Positions 21,995 to 30,085 are shown, numbered from the stretch's first letter. The stretch is DNA of 32,000 nt from Cylindrospermopsis raciborskii Cr2010 (GCF_003367075.2 NZ_CP065936.1:30001-62000); one strand, 5' to 3'. Notes: generated by a model from the letters alone, not told the origin. Translations and numbers: made by a program.

Positions 21995-23878
21995 TTATTT
22001 CTCAAATGCAAACAAAAGGTTAGCCGCACCCTTGATTCTTTCTATGGGCTCTACTGATCTAGGTAGCAGGGGTAGGTGAATAATTGTTTGTTCGGGAAAT
22101 AAATTGTGATCAACTTCCACTGCTTGAGTATAGCGATTTTGTACTACGTACCTTTGTTCAATGCCCATGTTTTTCAAAGATGCGGTTAACCGAACGTGTT
22201 CTGATGTAATAGCCGATTCCGCCTGAATTACACCCACAAATTGGGTATGACGGGGGTCTTTCAATTTCTTTTGCGCCTTTACTACCTGTTGTCGCAGCTG
22301 TCGCAATCTACCAATGAAGTCTACCCGACCTAAAACATCCTGATATTTCATCCATAGCTTAAAGATCCAGGATAACCAATCTCCTAAAGCGGAAGGCATG
22401 GATAAAAATTGTAACAGATGTCCCGTAGGAGCTGTGTCTAGAATAATCAAATCTTGCTGGTTAGTTTCTAGAAGGTTAGTGATTGTGATTAAGGATAGCA
22501 TTTCGTCAATACCCGGTAATGCTTGAGACATAATTTGTCTCCACGCTTCCGGTAGGTAGGCAATGTTTACGTCTGTATCCTTGGTTGTTCCTTCCCCACT
22601 AATCATATCTGCCAATTCCCACAGATAATCAGTACGGAACTGGTCTAATATTTTGTCAGCATCTATTTCTTGTCCACATAGGTTGGGAGTGATTGGTTGG
22701 GAATCATGTCCTAATTTTTGACCAAATGCATCGCCAAGAGAATGTGCTGGATCTATGGAGATCACGCTAATATTTTTTTGGGGATAATGACTAGCAAAGG
22801 CCCAACCCATTGCTGCTGATACCGTTGTTTTGCCTACTCCTCCTTTTCCACCTACAATAATTAGTTTACAACCCTGATCCAGAAAATCAGTAAAACTAGG
22901 TGGTATTCTCTGTGGCCAGTGAATTATGGGTGGTGCTACCTCTTCTACCTGACTGATATGTTGAATTTCTCCAGCCAATTTATCCAGTGCTTGACTACCC
23001 AAGGGGGCGGCGGGTTGTTGGGGAATAATAAATACGGGTTGTCCGGAAAGATTTAGGAACTTTTGCACGTAGTTCTGCTGTTCCGCATATCGATCCTGAT
23101 CCATACTAGGATCTGTTAAAATTCGATTGATTAGAATTCCTCCAAAGGGAACTTTTAAGGTTTTTAACTGTTCTAGGAATCTTTCGGTTTCTGCTAAACA
23201 CATTGGTTCGGCAATCCCGACTATTAAAAACCCGGTGAATTGACTGTCTTGCAGTAGTCTTCTACTCTGTGATAGTTGAAATTTGAAGTCAATCAAAAAG
23301 TCGTCTACTGCATCCGGTTGATAGTTTCCAGTAAAGCTTTCGGTGATGACTTGATACTTTTTTTGAAATAATTCTAAGGAGTGTAAAATTACGTCCAAGA
23401 AGTCTTTTAGTTTTAGCAAGCTCACCGTATGTCCAGATGGAGCCATATCCACTACTATACGATCTACGTTTTTCTCTGATAGCAGTCTTTGGATCTCTAG
23501 TAGTCCCATCAGTTCATTTAATCCGGGCCAGTCTAAATCCCAAACGGGGGCTAGATCCTCTCCATCCGCTAAACTTCCTCTTTCCACTAGAATTTCCAGG
23601 TACTGGCTATATTTGGCTTTGAATTCTAACAGAAGATTTTGAGCATCTAGGGCCTGAATGCTCAAATTCGGTAAATCTACTGCTGATTGAGGTTCATTGG
23701 TGACTTCTGTCAGTAGTACATCCCCTAGGGAATGGGCTGGGTCTGTTGATAATAGAAGAATTTTCTCTTCTGGAAATTTCCTAGCCCAATAACGAGCTAA
23801 GCAGCAAGATAGGGTGGTTTTACCTACCCCTCCTTTACCGCTCAACATGACTAAATTTAATTTATCGTACTGGTACAT
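21995..23878 (-). CDS. ArsA/Get3 (TRC40)-family ATPase, two tandem ATPase domains
   Basis: 627 aa; domain 1 LSGKGGVGKTTLSCCLARYWA...STDPAHSLGDV...VVDMAPSGHTV and domain 2 IVGGKGGVGKTTVSAAMGWAFA...SIDPAHSLGDAF...ILDTAPTGHLLQFLSMP. Confidence 0.93.
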   Translation of the reverse strand: MYQYDKLNLVMLSGKGGVGKTTLSCCLARYWARKFPEEKILLLSTDPAHSLGDVLLTEVTNEPQSAVDLPNLSIQALDAQNLLLEFKAKYSQYLEILVERGSLADGEDLAPVWDLDWPGLNELMGLLEIQRLLSEKNVDRIVVDMAPSGHTVSLLKLKDFLDVILHSLELFQKKYQVITESFTGNYQPDAVDDFLIDFKFQLSQSRRLLQDSQFTGFLIVGIAEPMCLAETERFLEQLKTLKVPFGGILINRILTDPSMDQDRYAEQQNYVQKFLNLSGQPVFIIPQQPAAPLGSQALDKLAGEIQHISQVEEVAPPIIHWPQRIPPSFTDFLDQGCKLIIVGGKGGVGKTTVSAAMGWAFASHYPQKNISVISIDPAHSLGDAFGQKLGHDSQPITPNLCGQEIDADKILDQFRTDYLWELADMISGEGTTKDTDVNIAYLPEAWRQIMSQALPGIDEMLSLITITNLLETNQQDLIILDTAPTGHLLQFLSMPSALGDWLSWIFKLWMKYQDVLGRVDFIGRLRQLRQQVVKAQKKLKDPRHTQFVGVIQAESAITSEHVRLTASLKNMGIEQRYVVQNRYTQAVEVDHNLFPEQTIIHLPLLPRSVEPIERIKGAANLLFAFEK

Positions 23879-23916
23879 TTGGTTTAAAAAAATAGGGTTA
23901 GAAACTGGAATGAATA

Positions 23917-24603
23917 TTAATGCTCAATAAAATGATAGGGGGGTAGGCAATCTCCCCAAACTAAATCCCATCTGGGACAGGCCCGCTGCCAATTCAAGAA
24001 TTTTTCCTCTAGGTGAATTTTTTCATTTATGTTAATCAAAACATATATTTTTATTCCTTCTTTCTGTTCCTGAACCATTGCTGGTAAGTTATATTCTTTG
24101 GTAATTAAATCAATTAGGTTCTGTTTTTCTATGTTTTGACTATTGACAAAGGTTTTCTGATTCTCATACTCTTGCTTTTTGGCTAAAAAGTAGTTTCTCC
24201 CCCCTTTCTCGCTAACTACTGGTTCTAGAAATGTGTGGGGAATTAGTTTTAAGGTTAGTTCTATTTTGTCTCTGATTTTTTCTAGCTGGGATTTATATTC
24301 TTTTTCTTGCCATGCTAGGTGCTTGAGTAGATTATCTAAGGAGTCAAAACATGTACCAAATCTTAAAGGCAAAACTGTTACTTGTTCAAACATCTCACAA
24401 ATCACTCTGTCATGACATAAAGCCATCTGAACTATCTTCTCGTCATCATTCTCCCAGAAAGCTGGGGATATTCCAGGTTCCACAAGAGCTGAAACTTGAT
24501 TACCTGTTACTAAGCTTACTGGACCTCTCACACCCTGTGGTAAAACCAGGGGTGAATGGGGCGTTTCTAAAAAGGCATAAGTGTACAAGTCTGTTAATTC
24601 CAT
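23917..24603 (-). CDS. gvpW: GvpF/L-family gas vesicle protein, GvpW-like
   Basis: MELTDLYTYAFLETPHSPLVLPQGVRGPVSLVTGNQVSALVEPG...VTVLPLRFGTCFDS; shares the F/L-family 'LPLRFG' segment with the ORF at 25592-26344. It sits at the W position of the cluster. The ORF-track start at 24618 is 5 codons earlier. Confidence 0.8.
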   Translation of the reverse strand: MELTDLYTYAFLETPHSPLVLPQGVRGPVSLVTGNQVSALVEPGISPAFWENDDEKIVQMALCHDRVICEMFEQVTVLPLRFGTCFDSLDNLLKHLAWQEKEYKSQLEKIRDKIELTLKLIPHTFLEPVVSEKGGRNYFLAKKQEYENQKTFVNSQNIEKQNLIDLITKEYNLPAMVQEQKEGIKIYVLININEKIHLEEKFLNWQRACPRWDLVWGDCLPPYHFIEH

Positions 24604-24725
24604 ATTTTCACCTATCACAGGATTTTGTCGCCCATTGCTCCCAGATCTTTAACTCAGCTATAACTAAAGTATAAACTTAATCTTAATCAAAAGTGGAAAC
24701 AATTCCTTTGACAGTGGTTTGATAG

Positions 24726-24753
24726 TTTACAATCGCAAGAAGTTAGTTATAAT
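24726..24753 (+). promoter_or_regulatory. Putative sigma70-type promoter for the inverted gvpV-like gene (TTTACA-N16-TATAAT)
   Basis: -35-like TTTACA at 24726-24731, TATAAT at 24748-24753, 16-nt spacer, ATG at 24778. Confidence 0.55.
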
Positions 24754-24777
24754 AGGTGAATACTTCTAGGTAGTTTT

Positions 24778-25092
24778 ATGAAAAGCATTCCCAACGCTGC
24801 CATGTCTAGGGCCAAAATTAGCACCATGCCCAGAACTAAAACTGACGCTTCTAGCCAATTAGATCTTTATAAAATGGTGACGGAAAAACAACGTATCCAG
24901 AGAGAACTACTCAGTCTTAAAGAACGAACCACTATCCTTCAAAAGAGATTGGATCTTCTTAATAGCCAAATAGAATCAACAGAACAAAGCATTTATGTGT
25001 CTCGTCAACCGCGATTGAGTTCTCGCATACTAGCTAAACTAAACACTCACAATGATATTCCTAGTTACAGCACTTTTGAAATTGAATATTAG
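24778..25092 (+). CDS. gvpV: GvpV-like gas vesicle protein, encoded opposite to the rest of the cluster
   Basis: 104 aa; helical core SSQLDLYKMVTEKQRIQRELLSLKERTTILQKRLDLLNSQIESTEQSIY. It lies between gvpG and gvpW, where gvpV is expected, but on the + strand. Confidence 0.72.
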   Translation: MKSIPNAAMSRAKISTMPRTKTDASSQLDLYKMVTEKQRIQRELLSLKERTTILQKRLDLLNSQIESTEQSIYVSRQPRLSSRILAKLNTHNDIPSYSTFEIEY

Positions 25093-25150
25093 CATATTTT
25101 CTGCCTAACTAGACTTAAAAAAAGCCAGCGCTGTTTTTATTATTTAATAA

Positions 25151-25170
25151 CCCGCCATAGCGGGTTACTT
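25151..25170. terminator. Hairpin TAACCCGC-CATA-GCGGGTTA between the converging gvpV (+) and gvpG (-) genes
   Basis: Perfect 8-bp stem with a tetraloop. Just beyond it, in the minus-strand direction, is the palindrome CAGCGCTG followed by GCTTTTTTT. Confidence 0.6.
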
Positions 25171-25196
25171 AGAAACAGCTTAGGTTTCATTCCTGG

Positions 25197-25550
25197 TTAA
25201 CGTGATAAGACTAAGGTTTTATCTTCTTCCTGAATTTTGGGTGTGTTTATATTGAATTCGGGTTCCTCAATGAGATCTTCTTCTTCCTCAGTTAGGTACT
25301 CTTCCTCTTCTAAACTGGCCCTTTCTTCTTCTAGGGCCTGGATTTGTAGAAGTATTTCTTCCTCTTGTTCCTCAAATTCTTCCTCGCCAATTTCCCCTAG
25401 GTCAAATGATAACTGCAAGTTTAATAATTTTTTGTGCAGGTTTTCTTGATCATCAAATTCAGTATTGGTGCGTTCTTGGATTTTTTCGGCAATCCATACT
25501 ACTCCATTAATCGGACCCATTACGGGTGATAGCAACAGTTTCATCAACAT
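25197..25550 (-). CDS. gvpG: Gas vesicle protein GvpG
   Basis: MLMKLLLSPVMGPINGVVWIAEKIQERTNTEFDDQENLHKKLLNLQLSFDLGEIGEEEFEEQEEEILLQI..., the typical GvpG N-terminus and acidic helical body. The start is probably downstream of the ORF-track start at 25571. Confidence 0.92.
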   Translation of the reverse strand: MLMKLLLSPVMGPINGVVWIAEKIQERTNTEFDDQENLHKKLLNLQLSFDLGEIGEEEFEEQEEEILLQIQALEEERASLEEEEYLTEEEEDLIEEPEFNINTPKIQEEDKTLVLSR

Positions 25551-25591
25551 AAGGCACTTCCTGGATAACAAAAATAAAATGGTTCAACCAC

Positions 25592-26344
25592 TCATGATGG
25601 CGACAATTGGGCAAACGTATAGGGAGCTGTGAAATTATTGTACCTGATACGCAGGCGATCGCCGAATTGTTTGTCAATAGACTCCACGCGATCGCTAAAT
25701 GCGGATTCAGCATCCCAAGGAATTAAAAATGCTGCATTGTAGATCATCTCTTCCATCATAGGTTCATTTTCGACCACATCTTTAGCAAATGGTTGCAGTT
25801 GTTCTCGAAAAACCTGAATTACTGCTTCTTTGCGTTCCATCAAATTACTTTCAATCAGTTGTCCAATTTGAATCACCTCATCCATACTTAAATTTTTGCC
25901 TTCCATAGCGTCTCGTTGCTGCTTTAAGTCAGGATTAGAATCAATCATCATTTGCAGTTCTGATTTGGTATCCCAAAGTATCTTCACACTGACTTCTCTT
26001 TGTCCTGCTAGTTTCTCAAACAGCTGGTGTAGTTGATTTTGGGATGGGTTAATTAATTGATTAGAAATTTCCTGCCAATCTTTCACGACCAGTCCAAAGC
26101 GCAAAGGTAAAAGAGTCGGACACCCCTCTTGCATAACCTGTTCTAAAACTCTCTCGTGAGCCAACAAATTACGTCGGGAAGCCAAATACTGCTTTTGGAG
26201 AGCATGAGAATATAAAAAAACAAACCCATTGACATCCTGAGTTTTAACTGGTTGCTTATCCAAACCCTCCAATGTTAAATCCTGCGTTAATGGTTTTGGT
26301 AAAATACCATATAAGTAAAGTCCATTGCTACTCATAATAATCAC
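25592..26344 (-). CDS. gvpF: Gas vesicle protein GvpF/GvpL
   Basis: 250 aa; NGLYLYGILPKP...CPTLLPLRFGLVVKDW...NAAFLIPWDAESAFSDRVESIDKQFGDRLRIRYNNFTAPYTFAQL. Confidence 0.93.
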   Translation of the reverse strand: MIIMSSNGLYLYGILPKPLTQDLTLEGLDKQPVKTQDVNGFVFLYSHALQKQYLASRRNLLAHERVLEQVMQEGCPTLLPLRFGLVVKDWQEISNQLINPSQNQLHQLFEKLAGQREVSVKILWDTKSELQMMIDSNPDLKQQRDAMEGKNLSMDEVIQIGQLIESNLMERKEAVIQVFREQLQPFAKDVVENEPMMEEMIYNAAFLIPWDAESAFSDRVESIDKQFGDRLRIRYNNFTAPYTFAQLSPS

Positions 26345-26422
26345 ACCTGGGAATCCGATTTAAAACAGATTATAACTAACGTATAACCATATAAATAAGT
26401 AACACCGAATCATTAAACAGCC

Positions 26423-26464
26423 AAATTGGTTTTGCCTAAATTGGTTTTGCCTAAATTGGTTTTG
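26423..26464. repeat. 15-bp tandem repeat AAATTGGTTTTGCCT, about 2.8 copies, overlapping the gvpK stop
   Basis: Units at 26423-26437 and 26438-26452, plus a partial unit at 26453-26464. On the minus strand each full unit repeats AAAACCAATTTAG (K-P-I-stop). Confidence 0.85.
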
Positions 26465-26945
26465 AAGTTAAAACCAGCTGTAATTTGGCATGAATTAAAT
26501 CTAAATTAGCCACTCCCAAATCTACTTCCCCATCAACAACAACCCCTGTATTGAGAAGACGATCCAACAGTTCCAGCACACTAGGTTGAGTTCCCTCCTC
26601 TCCGGGATAATAGGAACCCTTATGTGGTAAGAGCGTGCCAAAATCGCCCAAATTCACATTCAATTCAGCTGGGTCAACATCAAACACCTCACACAGATGG
26701 AGGACCTGAGATTCCAGTTTTTGTAAGCTTTCTGCAGCTTGCTCCAACTGCAAGTCGCTCAGATAATTCTCCTCCATACGACGAATTACCTGAGCCTCCA
26801 TTAATTGGCGCACTAGTTCCAAAACCGTTAATAGCAAGGGAGCCAAACCCGCTTCTTTCTTGGTACCAGAAGCGGGTGGTAAGAAGTCCTGGGACTGATC
26901 AAATGGAGTGATAGCCATTTCCATAGTTTCACCGACGAACGTCAC
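26451..26945 (-). CDS. gvpK: Gas vesicle protein GvpK
   Basis: 164 aa; KKEAGLAPLLLTVLELVRQLMEAQVIRRMEE...GTLLPHKGSYYPGEEG...PSVLELLDRLLNTGVVVDGEVDLGVANLDLIHAKLQLVLTSKPI. Confidence 0.95.
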   Translation of the reverse strand: MTFVGETMEMAITPFDQSQDFLPPASGTKKEAGLAPLLLTVLELVRQLMEAQVIRRMEENYLSDLQLEQAAESLQKLESQVLHLCEVFDVDPAELNVNLGDFGTLLPHKGSYYPGEEGTQPSVLELLDRLLNTGVVVDGEVDLGVANLDLIHAKLQLVLTSKPI

Positions 26946-26973
26946 CTAAACACTCAGAATGGTCAGTAGACAA

Positions 26974-27594
26974 TTAACCAATCTCATCATCCAATGCTAC
27001 AATAGCTTGAGTGTCTGGTTGACTGGTTTCCGTCTCTTCTAAAACAACATCATGTTGATTAAAACCCCCAATATAATCAGTATTTTCTTGGAGATTTTCC
27101 GGAAGTTGCTCTGATACTATAGTATATTCCTCCAGTTCCTCCTGGTCTACAGATATTGGCGTAATTTCCTCACTCAGTTCCTGAGTGTTATCATCACCAT
27201 TCAGATTGTTCTCCAGAGTTAATTCTGGCTTTTCAACAGAGGTTTTGGCTATATCAGAAGTTAGCAAGTTTAGTTGTGACTCTAAATTAGCTAAACGCCC
27301 TCTGAGTTCCCTGTTTTCCTCAATTAAACCCTGAGCCTTACTACTGAGGTAAGGATCGCCCTCCCACCAATTAATACCCATCTCCTTGGCTTTATCAACG
27401 GAAGCAATTAATAAGCGAATCCGAATGTGTAGAAGCTCAGTAGAGGCAATAGACACGGAAATATCGCCAGCAATGACAATACCCTTGTCTAAAACTCTTT
27501 CCAGAATGTCCGCTAGTGTCGAACCTTGGGTAGAGGTTTTAATAACTTGACCGGAGCTTACCTGGGAACGTGTTGGTAGTATTGGGGAATTCAC
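26974..27594 (-). CDS. gvpJ: Gas vesicle protein GvpJ (GvpA-like domain plus acidic tail)
   Basis: 206 aa; STLADILERVLDKGIVIAGDISVSIASTELLHIRIRLLIASVDKAKEMGINWWEGDPYL, then an Asp/Glu/Asn-rich C-terminus. Confidence 0.92.
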   Translation of the reverse strand: MNSPILPTRSQVSSGQVIKTSTQGSTLADILERVLDKGIVIAGDISVSIASTELLHIRIRLLIASVDKAKEMGINWWEGDPYLSSKAQGLIEENRELRGRLANLESQLNLLTSDIAKTSVEKPELTLENNLNGDDNTQELSEEITPISVDQEELEEYTIVSEQLPENLQENTDYIGGFNQHDVVLEETETSQPDTQAIVALDDEIG

Positions 27595-27609
27595 AAATGA
27601 TCAACTCTG

Positions 27610-28788
27610 TTAAATAGTGTAAATACGTTTGTTTTTACTCACCAAACCTTTTTGCTCTAAAGAACGTAGAGCATTAAGGGCGGTGTGATATTCCGAGTTT
27701 AGGAATTTTTTAATCCCATTGACAGACTCGCTTCTTTTTTGTAGTAGGTAGTTGTAAACTTCTTTTTCAAAGGGAACTACCTTGGCTGTAACTAAACCCT
27801 CAATTTCCTCAATTGGTATGGCAGTGTGATTACTTTCTTCTTCGTTTATATGACCATTTAATTCTTCTACAGGCAATTCTGGTTCGTCTAAGTTGAGCAG
27901 ATCCATGAAAATATCTGTACAGTCTGCAATAGGCAAGCTACTACGATTGAACAGAATATCCATAGCAATCTCGCGGAAGGTAGGATCTTCTGGTGCGACC
28001 AAAATATCGTTGTCAGCACAAACCTTAGCAATCATCAAACCTGCACGCAATCCAGAGGTTTTCTCCGCGTGGGTAGCCAGTCGAAATGATCTGACCAAAT
28101 CCACAATCAAACCAGCAGATTGTTTATCTATATTTGTTTTTTGAACCAATATTTCCGTTTGAGTTAGGTGCTCAGGTTCTGGCATGTTAATGGTTACCAG
28201 TCTATCCATCAGTGCATCCTGTGTGGAATGAACCCCACAGTATTCTTCTGGATTAGAGGTGAAAATAACTCGGAACTGAGGGTTAACATGAAGATACTCA
28301 GGCTGATTGCTGCTGGGTGGCAAACTGAGAATTTTCTCCTCTAAGGCTGAAAGCAAAACGTTATTTACTTCTGGACGGGAGCGGTTAAATTCATCATATA
28401 CTAATGTGAAGCCTTCACGACAAGCTAAAGTTAGTCTAGAATCCATCCAGTTTTGCCTAAATTCGTCCTCAATCTTGACAACGCTATGGATATAGTTATC
28501 TAGAAGCTTCTTATGGGTATAACCAGATTCACTACCAATTAAATCTGAACTTTTAAACTCATCATCCCCAAAGAGCAACATTACTGGTCTATCTAAACAA
28601 TGAGCTAAATGTAATGCTAAAGTGGTTTTGCCTGTACCAGCAGGACCACGGAGGTGCACGGGGAAGCCAGATCTCAAATAGAGTAAAGCTCGCAAGGCCA
28701 CCTTCTCAATAGCAGGTGTCATCACAAACTGACCTGGACGAACCCGAAGAATTGCTCTTTTCTGATTGTTAATGTTGCTGACAGCCAT
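27610..28788 (-). CDS. gvpN: Gas vesicle protein GvpN (MoxR-like AAA+ ATPase)
   Basis: 392 aa; [72 protein letters not shown]; C-terminal segment [44 protein letters not shown]. Confidence 0.95.
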   Translation of the reverse strand: MAVSNINNQKRAILRVRPGQFVMTPAIEKVALRALLYLRSGFPVHLRGPAGTGKTTLALHLAHCLDRPVMLLFGDDEFKSSDLIGSESGYTHKKLLDNYIHSVVKIEDEFRQNWMDSRLTLACREGFTLVYDEFNRSRPEVNNVLLSALEEKILSLPPSSNQPEYLHVNPQFRVIFTSNPEEYCGVHSTQDALMDRLVTINMPEPEHLTQTEILVQKTNIDKQSAGLIVDLVRSFRLATHAEKTSGLRAGLMIAKVCADNDILVAPEDPTFREIAMDILFNRSSLPIADCTDIFMDLLNLDEPELPVEELNGHINEEESNHTAIPIEEIEGLVTAKVVPFEKEVYNYLLQKRSESVNGIKKFLNSEYHTALNALRSLEQKGLVSKNKRIYTI

Positions 28789-28881
28789 AAGGTTACAAAT
28801 TGTAAGGAAATGAGATTAGCTAAAAAAATATGCTAGGTTTGAGATCAAGGTGCGGGATCAAGGTTAGTTTGAATGAATCCC

Positions 28882-28931
28882 CCTGAGTTCTTATTGCTGT
28901 TAGACCATGGACCACAGTCCTTAGACTCAGG
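28882..28931. promoter_or_regulatory. Potential stem-loop in the gvpC-gvpN spacer (CCTGAGT / ACTCAGG with an internal GGAC-CACA-GTCC)
   Basis: Arms at 28882-28888 and 28925-28931 are perfectly complementary; the nested GGAC/GTCC pair is at about 28910-28920. Confidence 0.4.
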
Positions 28932-28984
28932 TACGAACGACTGCATCAAAACTGCACTTTAAAACTCATTGTTATATGTTTAGT

Positions 28985-29025
28985 GCCTCCTAATCTTCAG
29001 TTCGAAAACTGTTGCTCTAGGAGGC
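28985..29025. promoter_or_regulatory. Nested stem-loop in the gvpC-gvpN spacer: outer GCCTCCTA/TAGGAGGC, inner CAGTT-CGAA-AACTG
   Basis: Perfect 8-bp outer arms (28985-28992 / 29018-29025) enclosing a perfect 5-bp stem with a tetraloop. Confidence 0.55.
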
Positions 29026-29101
29026 CTTCGTTTGACTAGAATATCATGCGGATGGGTCAGAGGCAAAATATTTGAATTAATTTGCCTGATATATCAGCAC
29101 C

Positions 29102-29764
29102 TTACACACCAATAACACTCAAAAATAGATCTTGGCGGAACTGACGCAATGCCTCTTTTTGGGCAGATGCTTTGGCAGCGCGATCGCTAGTTGTAGCTGT
29201 CAAGAAAGCACTAGTTTTTTGCTCCAGTTCTTTATGGAAAGCACTTAACTCTGCTGCTTGCTTTTGAGCTTCGTCAATACGAGTTTTAGCTGTATCTGCC
29301 AAAAAAGCACTGGTTTTTTGCTCTAGTTCTTTGTGGAAAGCGCTTAATTCAGCTGCTTGTTTTTGAGCTTGGGCAATGCGAGCTTTCGCTGTATCTGCCA
29401 GAAACACTTCTGTTTTTTGCTCTAGTTCTTTGTGGAAAGCGCTTAATTCAGCTGCTTGTTTTTGAGCTTGAGCATGGCGAGCTTGAGTGGTCTTTGTCAA
29501 AAACTCATTGGTTTCTTGCTCTAGCTGAGAGCGGAACTGATATAGTTCTTGGGCTTGAGCCTGAGCTTGAGCTTGACGAGATTGAGCGGTTTTTGCTAAG
29601 AACTGATCAATTTCTTGCTCTAGTTGTTGGCGAAATTGGCTTAAATCCTCGGCTTGCTTCTGAGCTTGCGCAAGTCTATTACTTTTCCTTGTGGAAAGAA
29701 AATCGTTGACCTCTTGAAATATTGACTGATTTTCCAGTCTGATCTTTTGCAACAAAGCGACCAT
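29102..29764 (-). CDS. gvpC: Gas vesicle protein GvpC with five 33-residue repeats
   Basis: Translation from ATG 29764 is MVALLQKIRLENQSIFQEVNDFLSTRKSNRLAQAQKQAEDLSQFRQQLEQEIDQ..., 220 aa, ending ALRQFRQDLFLSVIGV. The ORF-track start at 29806 adds 14 unlikely residues. Confidence 0.93.
   Translation of the reverse strand: MVALLQKIRLENQSIFQEVNDFLSTRKSNRLAQAQKQAEDLSQFRQQLEQEIDQFLAKTAQSRQAQAQAQAQELYQFRSQLEQETNEFLTKTTQARHAQAQKQAAELSAFHKELEQKTEVFLADTAKARIAQAQKQAAELSAFHKELEQKTSAFLADTAKTRIDEAQKQAAELSAFHKELEQKTSAFLTATTSDRAAKASAQKEALRQFRQDLFLSVIGV
29207..29701 (-). repeat. Five tandem 99-bp (33-aa) GvpC repeats
   Basis: FLSTRKSNR.../FLAKTAQSR.../FLTKTTQAR.../FLADTAKAR.../FLADTAKTR..., each with AQAQ(K/A)QA-(x)EL-(x)-F(R/H)-(x)-(x)LEQ. 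The last three are nearly identical. Confidence 0.9.
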
Positions 29765-29869
29765 GAAGTCCTCCTCAAATATCAACATCAATGGGAGAAG
29801 ATTCACCAGATTAAAACAAATCTAGTGAACTTCTTACCACTTGGTTATTGGCGTAGTCTAATAAAAAAA

Positions 29870-30085
29870 TTAAGCAGGTACAGCTGCGGATTGGGTCAAT
29901 CCTACTGCTTCTGCATACTTCAAGTAGGTTTCTACGGAAGCAATAACGATACGAGCTTCAACTGCTAGTAGTTCGATACCTACTAAGGATACACGAACCC
30001 AAGCATCTACTACGATACCTTTGTCTAGGATTCTGTCGATTACTTCTGCCAAGCTAGAGGAAGAATTGGTCTTTTCAACTGCCAT
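29870..30085 (-). CDS. gvpA: Gas vesicle structural protein GvpA, promoter-distal copy
   Basis: 71 aa; [71 protein letters not shown]. Confidence 0.98.
   Translation of the reverse strand: MAVEKTNSSSSLAEVIDRILDKGIVVDAWVRVSLVGIELLAVEARIVIASVETYLKYAEAVGLTQSAAVPA

Noticed and set aside
24351-24674. 107-aa plus-strand ORF opposite gvpW
   Set aside because: Mostly antisense to a well-supported GvpF/L-family frame, with no domain signal.
29494-29709. Plus-strand ORF opposite the gvpC repeats
   Set aside because: Its repeated text (FLALAESGTDIVLGLE...) is only the reverse frame of the 99-bp gvpC repeats.
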